A DNA stretch of 64,000 nucleotides from NCBI GenBank assembly GCA_965113315.1, contig OZ220382.1. One strand, given 5' to 3'. Numbering within the stretch: position 1 is the first letter of the stretch; every line of letters begins with the position of its first letter. Shown here one piece after another: positions 11,725 to 24,636 of the stretch. Made by a program: the position numbers and the translations under genes. This stretch comes from Podarcis vaucheri (lineage: Eukaryota). The notes under the pieces are model-generated. The model saw only the letters and a program-made list of their open reading frames with translations, made no database searches and was not told where the DNA came from.

Positions 11725-12462
11725 TACCTTCCATGTTGCTATGCATAGAAAGCACGGCAAAAAAGTCCAAAGTCAGGGCCAAATGGTCTGAGAATGGCTG
11801 TGCTAAAGCTAAGAAGGTGCAGACATCATCAGCAATCTGGACAGAAGACCACTGGGAATTCTGTGTAAGATCAGAATATATAATAAGTATTACTCCCCTG
11901 ATGTCATCAACTAAGAGGAGAGAGACACCAAAATGTCCATGACACCTAAGTTCAAATAAATCTAGGTGATTAAGAAAATAATTCAACCCACAATCTGTAA
12001 AGGAAGTCAAAAAGAGGCAGGGGTAGTTTAGCATTATGCGACTCAAGAGAAAATCCCTTCCTCAAACCACGGATATACAGGCACAGCCAGAGCACAAGGA
12101 AAAGTCATTCTCTCAGTAGTGGGCAGAGTCTGCAGTTCAATAGTAGAGCACATGCTTTGCATGAAAAAGAGCTGATATTTCATCCTTGGCATTTCTAGGG
12201 ACCATTGGATTGTTGTCAGTGTACTAGGGGGACTAGGCTAGTCCCTTAAATGTTCCTAGTAAATTAGAAGCCTGGGAAGCTTCTGTCCAGCTTAGGGAGG
12301 AAGGTGTGATACTCACCTGTGTGATGTCACAATGTCCCCACCAATCGCCCACACTGGCCCTAACTGTTCCCCTACAAAAAAAAAATCTCACACCACTGTA
12401 GGGACACCTTAAAAAGACTCTTGTCTGAAACAATGGAGAGCAACTGCCAGTCAGTGTGGACC

Positions 12463-12765
12463 AGGAGGACCCAATGTGGTGCCCTCTAGATGTTGCTGGA
12501 TTACATTCCCCATCTTTCTTGAACTTTGACCATGCTGGCTAGGGCTGATGTGAGCTGGGGTCCAACAACATCTGGAGAGCTACAGGCTAGCTGTTCCTGG
12601 TGTAGGCAAGGCTAATTAGCACATGGATGTGGACTCAGTGGTCTTCCAGGTGCGGTTGAACTCCAGCTCCCATCAGCCCCTGCTAGCTTGGCCAATAGTC
12701 AAGGACAATGGAAAGTGTAATCCAACAACATCTAGAGAGGAGAGCTACAGCTTCCCCTTGCCTGG
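12463..12765. repeat. Two degenerate copies of a short palindromic MITE
   Basis: AGATGTTG..GGA(T/C)TACA..TCCCATC...GTCCAACAACATCTGGAG pattern; similar copies near 33050, 33980, 47410 and 48380. Confidence 0.55.
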
Positions 12766-12984
12766 ATTAGGGGAACCAAACATCTGGTTTGGGATAAGGC
12801 AGCTTCCTATTTTCACACCATACCTGTTTACCATCTCCTTAATCATAACTGTGATATTGAAAAGAAGGCACAGAAAGGCAACAAGAAACTACAGTTACTG
12901 AATTGAGCCCACAGTTCCTGTGACTGAACTACAGTGCCATTTCATGGCCTATATGATATACGGTGTGAAAAGAACCTGTTCATG

Positions 12985-14112
12985 GACAGTCCGATCACCC
13001 CAGATAAAACAGAGACTGTCCTTAAAAACCTAAAACCACATAAAGCCCTAGGTCCAGATGGTTTCACAACAGAATTCTACAAGAAATTCAAATAAGTCCT
13101 GATCCCCACATGACCCATCTGTTTAATGACATCATAAAATGGGCTCCCATTCCCCAAACCTGGTCCTTCTCCAAGATAATATCTATTCAAAAGCCATTCA
13201 GTAACAGCCGCATGGTAGAAGCTTACTACCAATCTCATAGATAAATCAAAATTACAAAATATTCACATCGATCCTGGCCAACAGCCTGAAATGCTTCCTA
13301 CACAAATTAATAACCCCAGACCAAGCTGGCTTTGTCCCTGGCCATAATATAACAGACCCCATTAGGAAGCTACTAAATTGGAAAGAACACAACAAAACAA
13401 CAAAATTCCCACTAACGATCATGTCTCTAGATACCCTTTAAAGCATTTGATTGTCTAGAATGCAAATCCTTAATAGAAGTACTAATCAGAAGGAAATTGG
13501 GCCCTAACTTCCTACAAATCCTGAAAGACATTTACTCTAAGGCCTCAGCGAAAATCAGAATCAACAACCTAGACTCCAACAATATAGAAATTCAAAGAGG
13601 CACCAAATAAGGATGTCCACTCTCCCCCCTTTCTACTCCCAAAGCTAACCTACCTGTTCCAAACCTTTCCAATCTGGATCCCCCCCCCCCTGTAAAAAGC
13701 AGAAAAAAACTACACTCATTCATATTCTCACAGGAAAAGCCACTAGTAAGCTCCAAATTCCTACACCTCACCCCGCTCCCCAAGGATGGGGACTTCCCAG
13801 CATAGAACTACAGTATACTACATCACCAACTAAGTGTGCCACATAATCCCATACATCCTAGAAGAGAAAACAAAACAATGGGTGCACCTGGAGATAGATA
13901 AAACTGGAAACACCCCCACCACAGCATACCCATTCTTCCAAAACAAATTAAGAAAAATTCCCACAACAATAAACAGGTTCACACATTCCATGTTTAAAGT
14001 ATGGAAGGAAAAGGTAGGAAAACTAGTCCCACTAACTCCCCTGGCCCATCACCCACTATTTTACCATGTACCCCAAAGCATCCAAATAAAGACCTGGCAA
14101 GCTAAAGGCTTA
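12985..14112 (+). mobile_element. L1/Tx1-clade LINE ORF2 fragment, first part
   Basis: LKNLKPHKALGPDGFTTEFYKKF, DQAGFVPG, RGTK*GCPLSP; many stops and frameshifts plus an internal deletion. Confidence 0.8.
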
Positions 14113-14114
14113 TA

Positions 14115-14375
14115 CAGTCATATATCAGGTTACAGACGCTTCAGGTTGGGTTTTTTCGGGTTACAGACCTGCTGAAACCCAGAAGTTCCAGAACAGGTTA
14201 CTTCCGGGTTTCGGCGGTCGCGCATGCGCAGAAATGCTAAATCGCACTTTGCGCATGCGCAGAAGCGCCAAATCACAACCCGCGTGTGCGCGTGCATAGC
14301 GCGTCAGGTTGCAAATGCTGCAGGTTGCGAATGTGCCTCGCGCATGGACCATGTTCGCAACCCTAGTGTCCACTG
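14115..14375. mobile_element. Tc1/mariner-type MITE with GCGCATGCGC motifs
   Basis: Begins TA|CAGTCATAT and ends CCACTG|TA; related to 30771-31460 and 50273-50524. Confidence 0.75.
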
Positions 14376-14377
14376 TA

Positions 14378-17300
14378 CTGATACTAGACTTCAAAATTGG
14401 GACACATACCAAAAGTGATCACCAACCACTGTTGATGTCTATAAATTTAAACTTCAATTTAGAAACAACTAATTGGAATAACACAAAATTTTGCCAACAC
14501 GGGTAAATGACCCAACTAAAATGGTCTCAGGAAATAAGTTTAGTAGTGGGGCAAAAACTTACAGTTGATTTTAGAAATGAGTTGCTGTCTAAGCTAAAGA
14601 ATATCAATTCTCAAAGGGACATTCTGAAAGTATATAGTGAAATTTTCAAACATTTGAAGAGCTCAACACTCCACCAAATATCAGGGTATTTAAATACAGA
14701 ACTAGTCCCTGGTTCAACAATGAATGTTAAAATGTGCCAAATTTTCAAAGATAACCGTACTAAACTAGAACCTATCTACCTTGATGGGGGGGGGGAGTAT
14801 TTTGGCCAAAAAAATATGCCTCTCACAAATGGTCCCAATTACTCGACTCCATCCAAAACAAAAACAACAAAGCATTTTGGTTGTTAGTGTATGGAGGCCT
14901 GAAAGCTGATGACCATTTAGTTGTTCCACCAACTGCAGAATCAAAATGGACCCAGTATTTCATACCCATATTTAATGACCTGCACGGTGAATTGAATGGA
15001 AAGGAGACCAATGATAACAAACTGGACAGACTAGAGGAGTGGCCAAGGGTGAAAGAGCCTCCTCTTAGAGAGATAGTTAATAGTTTTAAACTGGGCAATT
15101 CGCCAGGGCCGGATGGTCTACCAATAAAATTATTGAAGACTTTCATAGATTGGTGGGCAGAACACCTAGCTCAATTATTTACTCTTATTGGTAAATATGG
15201 AATCATCCTTGAAATATGGCTCAGATCAATAATTACTCCAATCTTTTAAAAAGCTGATCTGGGTGAACCAAAGAACTACAGTCGGATAAGTCTGCTGTCA
15301 GTGATAGGGAAAATCTATGCTAAGCACCTTTTACTTAAATTGCTTACCTGAATGAAAAATCTAAACTTACAGGAAAAGAACAAATAGGTTTTTCCAAAGG
15401 CTGCCCCATTTTAGACCATTGTCTCATACTTACACATTTGGTTGAAAAATACAGATTTCAAAAACAATCCAAGATTTATGCAGCATTCATAGATTTCCGT
15501 GGTGCCTTTGATTGTGTGATATTGTGGAAGAAGCCTGCAGAGTTAGGAATTGATCAACTTTTCTTGATCTTAATACAGAATTTATATTCTTTTAACATTT
15601 CCCAAATCAAACTCATTATCAAAGGTCACCTCTCCTCTGATTTCCCTAACACGAAAGGTGTAAGACAAGGGTGTATTCTTGCCCCTTTTCTCATTAATTT
15701 ATTTTTACCAGATCTTCCAGAGCACATCCAAAAAATAGAATCACATGCCCCCCAAAGTCAACCGAAAACCAGTCCCACTTTTACCGTATGCAGATGATGC
15801 AACCTTATTATCACTGACGAGGATAGGTTGGAATCGTCTTTTACTCTCCTTGGTTTCTTACTGCGTAATTAACAAACGCTCTATAAATAAGAGAAGACAG
15901 AAATCTGGTCTTCTCTAATTCCTGAAAACTAGAGAAATGGAAAATAAGAGGACAAGAAATCCAGCAAGTAAAGATGCATAGATATCTCAGAATTTTATTC
16001 CAGGGCAACTCAGCAAGGTCAAACCATCGCCCAAGTACAATCATAGAATCATAGAATCACAGAGTTGGAAGAGACCACAAGGGCCATCGAGTCCAACCCC
16101 CTGCCAAGCAGGAAACACCATCAGAGCACTCCTGACATACGGTTGTCAAGCCTCTGCTTAAAGACCTCCAAAGCAGGAGACTCCACCACACTCCTTGGCA
16201 GCAAATTCCACTGTCGAACAGCTCTTACTATCAGGAAGTTCTTCCTAATGTTTAGGTGGAATCTTCTTTCTTGTAGTTTGGATCCATTGCTCCGTGTCCG
16301 CTTCTCTGGAGCAGCAGAAAACAACCTTTCTCCCTCCTCTATGTGACATCCTTTTATATATTTGAACATGGCTATCATATCACCCCTTAACCTCCTCTTC
16401 TCCAGGCTAAACATGCCCAGCTCCCTTAGCTGTTCCTCATAAGGCATCGTTTCCAGGCCTTTGACCATTTTGGTTGCCCTCCTCTGGACACGTTCCAGTT
16501 TGTCAGTGTCCTTCTTGAATTGTGGTGCCCAGAACTGGACACAGTACTCCAGGTGAGGCAAAGCATACCTCTTCAGCAGTAGCTCGCTTTTATTTTCAGA
16601 AAGGTAACCAATTTAAACCAGCTGCCATTCAGATTTTTCAAGCTAAAGTGTCATCCCAGCTACTTTTTGGGATCCCAGTATGGATACAAGCACATAATAG
16701 TGATTTAGATACACTCATGTTTCTTGAGACATATCCTCGGGCTCCCAAATTCAATCAGTTATGTGACGATATGTGCAGAATTAGGTATATACATGATGGA
16801 ATATTGGGCATGGACTAGCACTATAAAATACTGACTGCGTTGCCATTTTTGTTCCCAACCTTCAAGTCTGCTTTCCGATTTACTTAAGGACTCCAATAAA
16901 TCCAGATGGCTCCAACTCATACACAGCAAAATTAGATCTATTGGCAACGACTTGGAATTATGCTACAATTCTAGTGAGCAATATATTTATTGCAATATCC
17001 AAATTAGTTTAAGGGATATTGAAAAACAAAACATTGAGTCAGCTATAAATAAAATCTGCTCCCCCAAGTTCTATCGTTGAAATACAACCGGATAACTTCT
17101 ATCTCAAAGTTAATAATTCTAGTCTGATGCAGGGCACTTATGTCAGCCCGACTGAACATTTTTCCCTCAGCTTTTGTTAGGGGGAAATATCCCTAGAAAT
17201 TATAGACATTGTGGATGTTATTTGAGTGTGCTGGACACTGTAGAACATATTCTTTTCTACTGCCCGCTGTACAAACAGTTGCATAAACACGTGTTATCCC

Positions 17301-17503
17301 CCTTTTGGGGTAGTTTAACATCATGGCACAATGAAAATATCAGATTCTATCTTTTAGAGTGGTGAATGGCATGATTTAGCAGAAAGACACTCCAATGAAA
17401 ATTTATGTTACTATATATTTTAAATGACTCTTTGTATATATTTTAATTTTTTTGTATATGGATGTTTTAAGATGGTCTATATATGTTAATGCCTAATAAA
17501 GGG
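14378..17503 (+). mobile_element. Degenerate RTE-X-like LINE, interrupted by a CR1 fragment
   Basis: Endonuclease end SDHQPL, SPGPDGLP, YAAFIDFRGAFD, GVRQGCILAP, YADD near 15786, C-terminal CxC...EHILFYCPLY knuckle, and an AT-rich 3' UTR ending TAATAAAGG. Confidence 0.75.
16039..16558 (-). mobile_element. CR1 3' fragment, same subfamily as 7738-10718
   Basis: PHLEYCVQFWAPQFKKD...[10 protein letters not shown] plus (ATTCTATG)n tail; near-identical to 10268-10718. Confidence 0.95.
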
Positions 17504-17561
17504 GTTTTTCTTGGGGGGAAACAATATATATAATATTACCCCCAAGACACTACAAACCCCC

Positions 17562-17969
17562 TGTCAGGGAACTGCCATCGGAGGGACAGGTGGTGGAAGG
17601 GCTCACGGAGGTTGGGAGAGACCCAGCAGCTGAAGCAGGAACCAGCAGGGGGAGAGGTGGGTCTCTGAGGGAAAGCGAGCAAGAGGGAGGGCTCAGGGAA
17701 ACGTCGAGCGAGAACAGTGGGGAGGTTTCTGGACCTCCCATAGGGACACCCACTCCTCGCCGGAAACTGTCACGCCACGAGTCCAGAAGACGTGTTTCCG
17801 TTAAGGAGCTTTTATGTTGGAAGTGATTCCGAAAGCAACCACTGTCGGAATCTGCCAGTGACTAGAGGAGCCGTGTCTGAGGGGCTCCATCACAGACAGA
17901 GGTTTGTGGACTTGAACAAACTCTAAGGGACTACGATTTTACGCACAAGCAGCTCATCATCCCTTCACA
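17562..17969. mobile_element. Solo LTR (408 bp) of an LTR retrotransposon
   Basis: TGTCAGGG...CCTTCACA termini; 5-bp TSD CCCCC (17557-17561, 17970-17974); homologous to 30795-31227. Confidence 0.85.
17563..17865 (+). pseudogene. LTR-embedded ORF with one premature TGA
   Basis: Open from LTR base 2: VRELPSE...GPPIGTPTPRRKLSRHESRRRVSVKELLCWK*FRKQPLSESASD*; the TGA at 17824 aligns with Arg in the other copy. Confidence 0.65.
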
Positions 17970-17974
17970 CCCCC

Positions 17975-18320
17975 TCACCAGAATTAAAAAAAAAATGGGA
18001 ACACAACATAGGATACAAAATAAACTCTATACAATGGTCAAAAAGCACCATTTAAGTCCATCTCAACCCCCCAAAAAAGAGAGAATTCACTCTGAAACTT
18101 AACTAAGATGGTATCTAACACCAAGTAAGTTGTCACTAATACGCACAGGAACATAGAGGAATGCTGGAGAGGCTGAACCTCTATAGGCACATACCTCCAT
18201 ATGAGGTGGGAATGCCCCAAAGTTCAATCCTTTTGGATATCAGTGCTGCAGGAAATCTCCAAAATAACAAAACAGGTTATATAAGTAACTCCATAACTAG
18301 CCTTATTAAATATCTTCCAG
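17975..18320 (+). mobile_element. L1/Tx1 ORF2 C-terminal part, continuing 12985-14112 (also 17505-17561)
   Basis: CWRG...H..WECPKVQSF Cys-rich C-terminal motif. Confidence 0.7.
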
Positions 18321-21300
18321 GAAAAATGCACATGCCAGGGCCTTAACTAGCGGGGGCTAGCTGGATTTTTGGCGCCGAGTGAAGCCTCTAGAGGGGCTCC
18401 ATAGGGGCTCCCAGCCCGCCTGGGCTTCCTCCAAACAGCTCCTCCTTGTGGCTCCAGAGTCTAAAAGCATCCTTCAGCAGGGAGCTTCCTGCCTAGCCAA
18501 CTCTAATCTCAGTAAACATATATGTTTATACCATGTGAATACATAAAGAGGGCACTGCAATCAACTACAAAAACTGAGCCCTGTTTATATTGAAAATAAA
18601 ATACCTGCACTGAAAAAAATGTGATGTTGACATACAAAGCACTTTGTGTCCATCCCTTCCTGTAATTTGGAAGGGAAATGCAGCCAATCCACTTTAAATT
18701 CTTTAATTGCAATGGTTTAGCAGCCAGCAATTTTTAAGGAAACTTGTGGAGTATCTATTCTTTTATTTTTTTCTTTAGAGCCTTAAATTGCAAACCTTTA
18801 CTACTCAGAAGTAAGACCCACTGAATTCAATGGAGCTTACTCACAGGTAAATGTATAAAGATTATGCAGTCTTATACTGCAAACCCAAGCATTTTTACTC
18901 AGAAGTAAGTCCCACTGAGTTCAATACGGCTTTCTGGTACAGAAACATTATGTGTTTCCATTGCCATAATCATCATTATGTTTAATAATATAGTATGTTT
19001 GCCAGGGCGGGGGATGCCAAATTGAGTCTTAGACCTCGGTGAAAGAAAGCCTAGTTTCACCTCTGGCACTTGCACATGACAAGCAGCAAGAAATATCGTA
19101 ACTAGACACTGGAACGACCTATCAGGAGTGAACACAACCAATACACTAGACCCTCAGGTTACGTTACCTTTGGGTAACGTAACTTTCAGGTTGTGAATGC
19201 AGCAAGCCTATATGAATTGAAAGTGGAGACATGTCCTTTCCCGTTTATTTGTTTGTTTTGTAACACCAGAAAATATTTAATAAAAAGCTAATTGAAAAAA
19301 AGATATCTGCAGAGAGGCCCATCACCTCTTGATCCACAGAACAGATGAGACAGCTAAGAACCACTTGAGAGGAATGAAGCAACCCTTCAAATTTCTGTTT
19401 GAAGGAACACACATGGAAATTCCTGACCTTTGAGTGTAAATTAAGGGTGGCTTCTGCTATTATATGGGGAAGCAGTGTGAAAAAAACAATAGAAACTTTG
19501 CAAGCTCTTTCACTGCAGCTTTTTCAAATCTTTTTAGACCAAACAAATCAAAAGCCAATGGGTATTGCAAAAGGAAAAGGTTCATTGGATGTGGAAGTAT
19601 CCCATCCAACTCTTTAAAACATTTGCTTAGAGGGACAGGATTGTGAGGCTAATGAATGCATTTAAATGCACTCATGTATGGTTTTCTCAATTTTATGCTC
19701 ATGCAACAGATTTTTTTTGCAGAGCCCTTGTTTAAAAAAATATGGGAAAACAGAATGCCATTTTAAATGGGAGATAAAATGACAGTATTTCACATGGGCA
19801 TAGCCAGGATTTTGCTAGGGGGGCAGAACCACAGATAACCGAGTACTTTCAGTGCTTTTCAATAACATTTGTTTTAACATCCATGGGTGTTAAAACAATG
19901 TCTCCATGAATATACTTTGGCTGCCAGGGTAAGTCCACTTTTCAGTTGTCACAGCCTATTTTTCTGTAGAATTGAATGTAAATTCTCCTTCATGCATGGA
20001 AGCCAAATTTTTTTTTGGGGGGGGGGAATCCCCAACAGTTTCACAGGGGTGATGTTTACCATTGGCTGGGCCATCAGAACTGCTTATCTTTTAGCATAAT
20101 GGAGTTTTATTTGTGAGGGGGAGGGCACATCAAAAATTTGTTGGTAGCTTGACTACCATTTTGCATCCTTATAATATCCCAGACCTAGATTTGTTTCAGG
20201 AGGGGAAATGCTGGCCACCACTAACCCCTTCCTCACAAAGGTGGGGAGTATTCAGAGAAAAGCAGTCTTTTTAGGGAGGAGGGGGAACAAACATCTCAGA
20301 AAATTTCACAAAGAAAAGGTCTTCACACAAATTTTGAGTTTTCTCAAGTTTTCTGCAGGTGCCACATTAAATACAAGCCTTGAAGATCTTCAATCAAGGT
20401 TAGATACTGGCTACAGTAGTTAGGGGCCTTATGACATCAAGTTTGGAGAGAGAAGCTTGATTGAAGGATGAGGACACACTGCTTCATCTCAGAGATGGGG
20501 AACGGCCAGCCAATCCTGGCCCAACAGGCCTATTTATTTGCCCTGCAAGGCCATTGCGAAGAAACCTACAACTGAGATCTTACAAGACATCTGATATGGG
20601 GCAGGGCTCCAAAGGAACAACCAGCATCTGAAAATGGGTTCCTCAATGTTTCTTTGCTGAAGCAAGGTGCGCTCCCACTCAACCATCAGCTGATGAGTGC
20701 ACCTTGCTGGAAGTGGGGAAAGCGGTTTCTATCAAATAGAAACCACTGCTCCCTCCCAATGTTACCCTTTGAAGCAATCCACACACAGCTCCTTTCAACT
20801 TCCAATTTGCCAATGGCTTGCAAAGGGCTCAGTTTGGCTGTGTGGGAACAGGCACACAAGGACACAGAAAGCAGCCCCTTTTAGAAGCCGCTGCCTTTTA
20901 GAAGGATCGGCTATGCACGTGACTTCTCCTGCAGAATAAATCCTTTCAGGAGGCACATCCCCCCCCTCAGGTGATTTGGAAACAGCTGCCTTTGTAAAAG
21001 GCTTTCAGATGCATGCAAACACACCCCTTCTGCCCCTACTTGTTTGAGTCTTCAGAGGCTCAACAGGAGCATGGGCATATCAAAAGCTCTTAGCAAACAG
21101 CAAAAGGCTTTCAAATGGCACTGGAAGTCCCGTCAATGGGGTCTTCAAAGCACAACATCACCTGATGTCATAGTTACATCAGGGGATTGACAGAACCAAT
21201 GGTCTGATTCCATATAAGGCAAATTTCTTTTCCGCTCTTCAACGGTGTTGCTTGTCACATCAGTCTTTTCACTGACTCACTGAGCTAGAAGGAAGCGACT

Positions 21301-21611
21301 CTATCTCACTGTCATAAAGGTTTGTGCAGAGTGTACCACAAGCAGAGAGCAGAAACAAAGAACATTTCCCCGGATCATTTCATTCCAGATAACTCAAGCA
21401 AGTTACACAAGCATGAACTACAAGGGCAAAGCAGAATGTAACTTTGATGGGATCCAACTTTAGAAGATACCTTGTTTGACCATCTTCTGCAATGCTAGGG
21501 TTGCCATACTTTGAAGAGCAAAAAAAGGGCCCCCTCACCTTCCATGGCTCGTGGGCACTAGGGACGTGCACATCATACCCTCCAACATTTCACCAATGAA
21601 AATAGGGACAT

Positions 21612-21770
21612 CATCAACAACAACAACAACAACAATTGTACCCATCCCATCTGACTAGGTTGCCCCCGTCACTCTGGGCAGCTTCCAACATATATAAAAA
21701 CATAATAAAACATTAAACATTTTAAAACTTCCCTATACAGGGCTGCCTTCAAAAGATGTCTTCTAAAGGC
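21612..21770 (-). mobile_element. L2-clade LINE 3' end
   Basis: TTTAGAAGACATC..GAAGGCAGCCCTGTATAGGGAAG...GGAAGCTGCCCAGAGTG plus a (TTG)n tail; same family as 40322-40428. Confidence 0.65.
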
Positions 21771-22324
21771 ATAATGGCAATAAGAAATACAATATGAAGA
21801 TCCAAGCAGTATGGTGATCAAAGGAAAGGAGCAAAGCTTTTAGGGGGGAAATGGGGTGCCTAGTACTTCAGCCATTTCCTCCACTCTTTCCCCCCAGCAC
21901 TTTCTTTGCTAGGTTCTTCAGTCTGCTAAGATTTCGGGACACCCTCCCACACACAAATAGGGAGGGGGGGGCTTTCCCTGACCTTACATGGCAGCCTTGT
22001 ATTTTAACTTACATTCAGGAATTGTGTTTAGAGTCACCCAAGGTGATTTGTTTAATTTCTACAATAGCTATCCAAATGTCCATTGGCCTTAGATGAATAA
22101 CTTTTAATTAGAACTGAGAGAGCTTGGGAGGATCCTCTTTACTAGCAAGCTCTCTCTTCCTTTTCTTAGATCTTTCTAATACTGTATTGTAAAATAGAGT
22201 CCGCTTAATTGCAATCAATGGATAATGCATTAGGGTGGGGTGGGGTTCTTGGCATTGAGGAACACAGAGTACATGGGAGGCCCCAAACCGGGGAAGGGAA
22301 AAGGAAAGGGGAAGGGGGAAGGGG

Positions 22325-22360
<36 letters not shown>

Positions 22361-22789
22361 GACCCACTAAGGGAGGTGTCAGCAGAGACCCCCTCAGGGA
22401 ATCTTTCCCACCTACTCATGGGGAGCTTACTGGGCATGGCCAACAGCTTGGAAAGGTCTAGGCAGCAGCTGGTCAATCTGCCCAATCCCAACACCCACCA
22501 TGCGGGTGCACTATAGAGATAGGAAAAGGTTAAGAGTGATCCTTGCATGCACACTTCCTGGCCCTGCTTGTAAAGCAAAAGTTTGCACAGAGAAAAGGTG
22601 TGTCCATGGAGATACTCACATGCAAACTTCTTAGTTCTGTTTGCAAAAACCCAGACATTTTGGCAAATTCAAAAAATCTGCCCGGGCTGAAATTTTACCC
22701 CCAAGAAAGAGGACCTAGCTGGAAAAAAGAGGATGTATGGCAACCCTATGCAATGCAGAATCCTGTCTTTAATCATCTTTACTCTTCAT

Positions 22790-22956
22790 GTAGCCTAGTG
22801 GTAGAGCAACTGCCTTGCATGCAGAAGGCCCCAGGTTCAAGCTCTAGCACCTCCGAGTATGCTCCTTGCTTGAAACCCCACACAGCCACTGCCAGTGTAG
22901 ACGATACTAACCTAGGTGAAACAATGTGTCTGAGTATAAGGCAGTTTCCTACATTC
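22790..22956 (+). mobile_element. tRNA-derived SINE (Ala/Cys-like head)
   Basis: GTAGCCTAGTGGTAGAGCA..TTGCATGCAGAAGGCCCCAGGTTCAA head and AGTATAAGGCAGTTTCCTA tail; related decayed copies at ~2360-2500, 31750-32115, 45915-46050, 53900-54035, 58500-58640 and 60030-60180. Confidence 0.7.
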
Positions 22957-24595
22957 TGTAGTGTAATAATATTTAGGTTCCTGCAACTATTGCCCCTGCA
23001 AAAACATGCAATTTTTAAAAGACAAGGAAGAGCAGAGATCTTCCCTAGACCTATGCAAAGCACCCCTTAGATCAGCAAAGAGGAAATATGCCTAATTTTC
23101 TGCACAGCTCTGGACTTATTTCATCCTTGAGGTAGAAAACCCATCCAGCCAAGGGCACTTGTGCCACCATCCTCAAACATACCAGTCAGGGGGGGTATGC
23201 AAAGCCCAACCTATGGATTTTCTCCGCTGCAGAGCAACACAGCCTGACATAATGGGATGGGATTTTATTCACAGCCAAATGAAGCAGCTGCCAAAACACT
23301 TGTGTGAGAAAGCGCAAAGACTCAAGACAGCAACTTTTCATTCCATTTACCAACAGAATTCAGCTTCTCTGAACAATCCCTTACAATCAGGAGAAAGACA
23401 ATGCTACCCTCAAATGAGGCTTTTTGTATTCCAAACAGTAGTGACAACTCTTTAAGACACTGAGTGAACGAGCCTTTCGGTTTTGGCTTCTGCTGCCAGA
23501 TTGATTAGCAACCAAAAACGAAGGAAAACACACATGTGGGTGGGTAGAAGAATGCATTTTATCCCTAGCCCCTTGAATGTGGTTCACTTTGCTCTCCTGT
23601 GACAAACTGAAAATGCCTCTGAGGAGTTCATTTCACGTCTCATCCATTCTCTGAATAATGGAGAAATCCCTCTTTGTTTCTCCAAGATATCAGCACACAC
23701 TACACACCACACAGACTCAATTCCATTAGACATAATGGAACGAGATTGTTCTAGAAGTTGTTTTCAATTGCTTGAGTGCATCCTTCATTTAGGGAAACAA
23801 GAATAGATTAGCTTTTCTACCCAAGCAGACGTGCAGACACAAATTTTAAGCTAGAGCGAGGGCCATTTGTTTACAGGCTAGGCTTTGAGGTGGGGAGAAG
23901 GTCGACCATTACTGCCCCGTACTCAGGAACTACGTGAGGTGCTTGAGAAGTTCAAGGTATGGATCCCCTCATCTATCACTTGCATCTCAAAAAGGCCAGC
24001 CATCTATCCAAGCAGGGAGTTATGAATCAAACTTGAGTTTCAGCAGTCTTTTGGCAAAGGGCCTGACTTTGCACTTCTCCTATTATGCATCTAAGCCTTA
24101 AGCAATCTTTACCTCTGCACTGTGGCACTCCAGGTTATTCAAAAGCTAATAAGACCAGGCAGTTGAAGAGCAGCAAAGCAGATACCAGTGACACCATGAG
24201 CAAAGGAACAGAACTGCCTGGTGAGAGTAAGACAGAAGTCAGTGGCATAGGGCCTAAAAATACTGGAAAAGCACATGTAGGTGTGGCTGGGGGGAGATGG
24301 GAGAGGAAATGCAAGCATCATATTGAGGGTGCTGAAAAGAGACAGTAATATAAAGAGTAGGCAGTAGAGACATCTCCATTACAAAATGCTGGCACTGATT
24401 GGCGCTGTCTAGCAATAGAGTCTCCTGAACAAGAGCTCTTTAAGCAATTATTGATCACACCAACAAGAAGAGAAGCTACAGCACACTGGCTGCACATTTC
24501 CAGCAAAGACATTAGTAGCACTACCTTTTCACACAGAATGTTGTCCCTTGTGAAATCATACGCACTTGCACCCAGACCCTTCAGCAGGTCCTGTG

Positions 24596-24603
24596 CATGC
24601 GCG

Positions 24604-24635
<32 letters not shown>
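24596..24635. repeat. (GC)n(CA)n alternating purine-pyrimidine tract
   Basis: CATGCGCGCGCGCGCGCACACACACACACACACACACACA read directly. Confidence 0.95.

Positions 24636-24636
<1 letters not shown>

Noticed and set aside
11705-12046. 113-aa minus-strand ORF with possible splice sites
   Set aside because: No recognisable homology; the apparent donor overlaps a MITE end and the acceptors are ambiguous.
12317-12371. 55-nt minus-strand segment with TTTTGTAG acceptor and CAG|GTGAGT donor
   Set aside because: Lies among decayed SINE/MITE pieces and neither open frame resembles a protein I know; left unclaimed.
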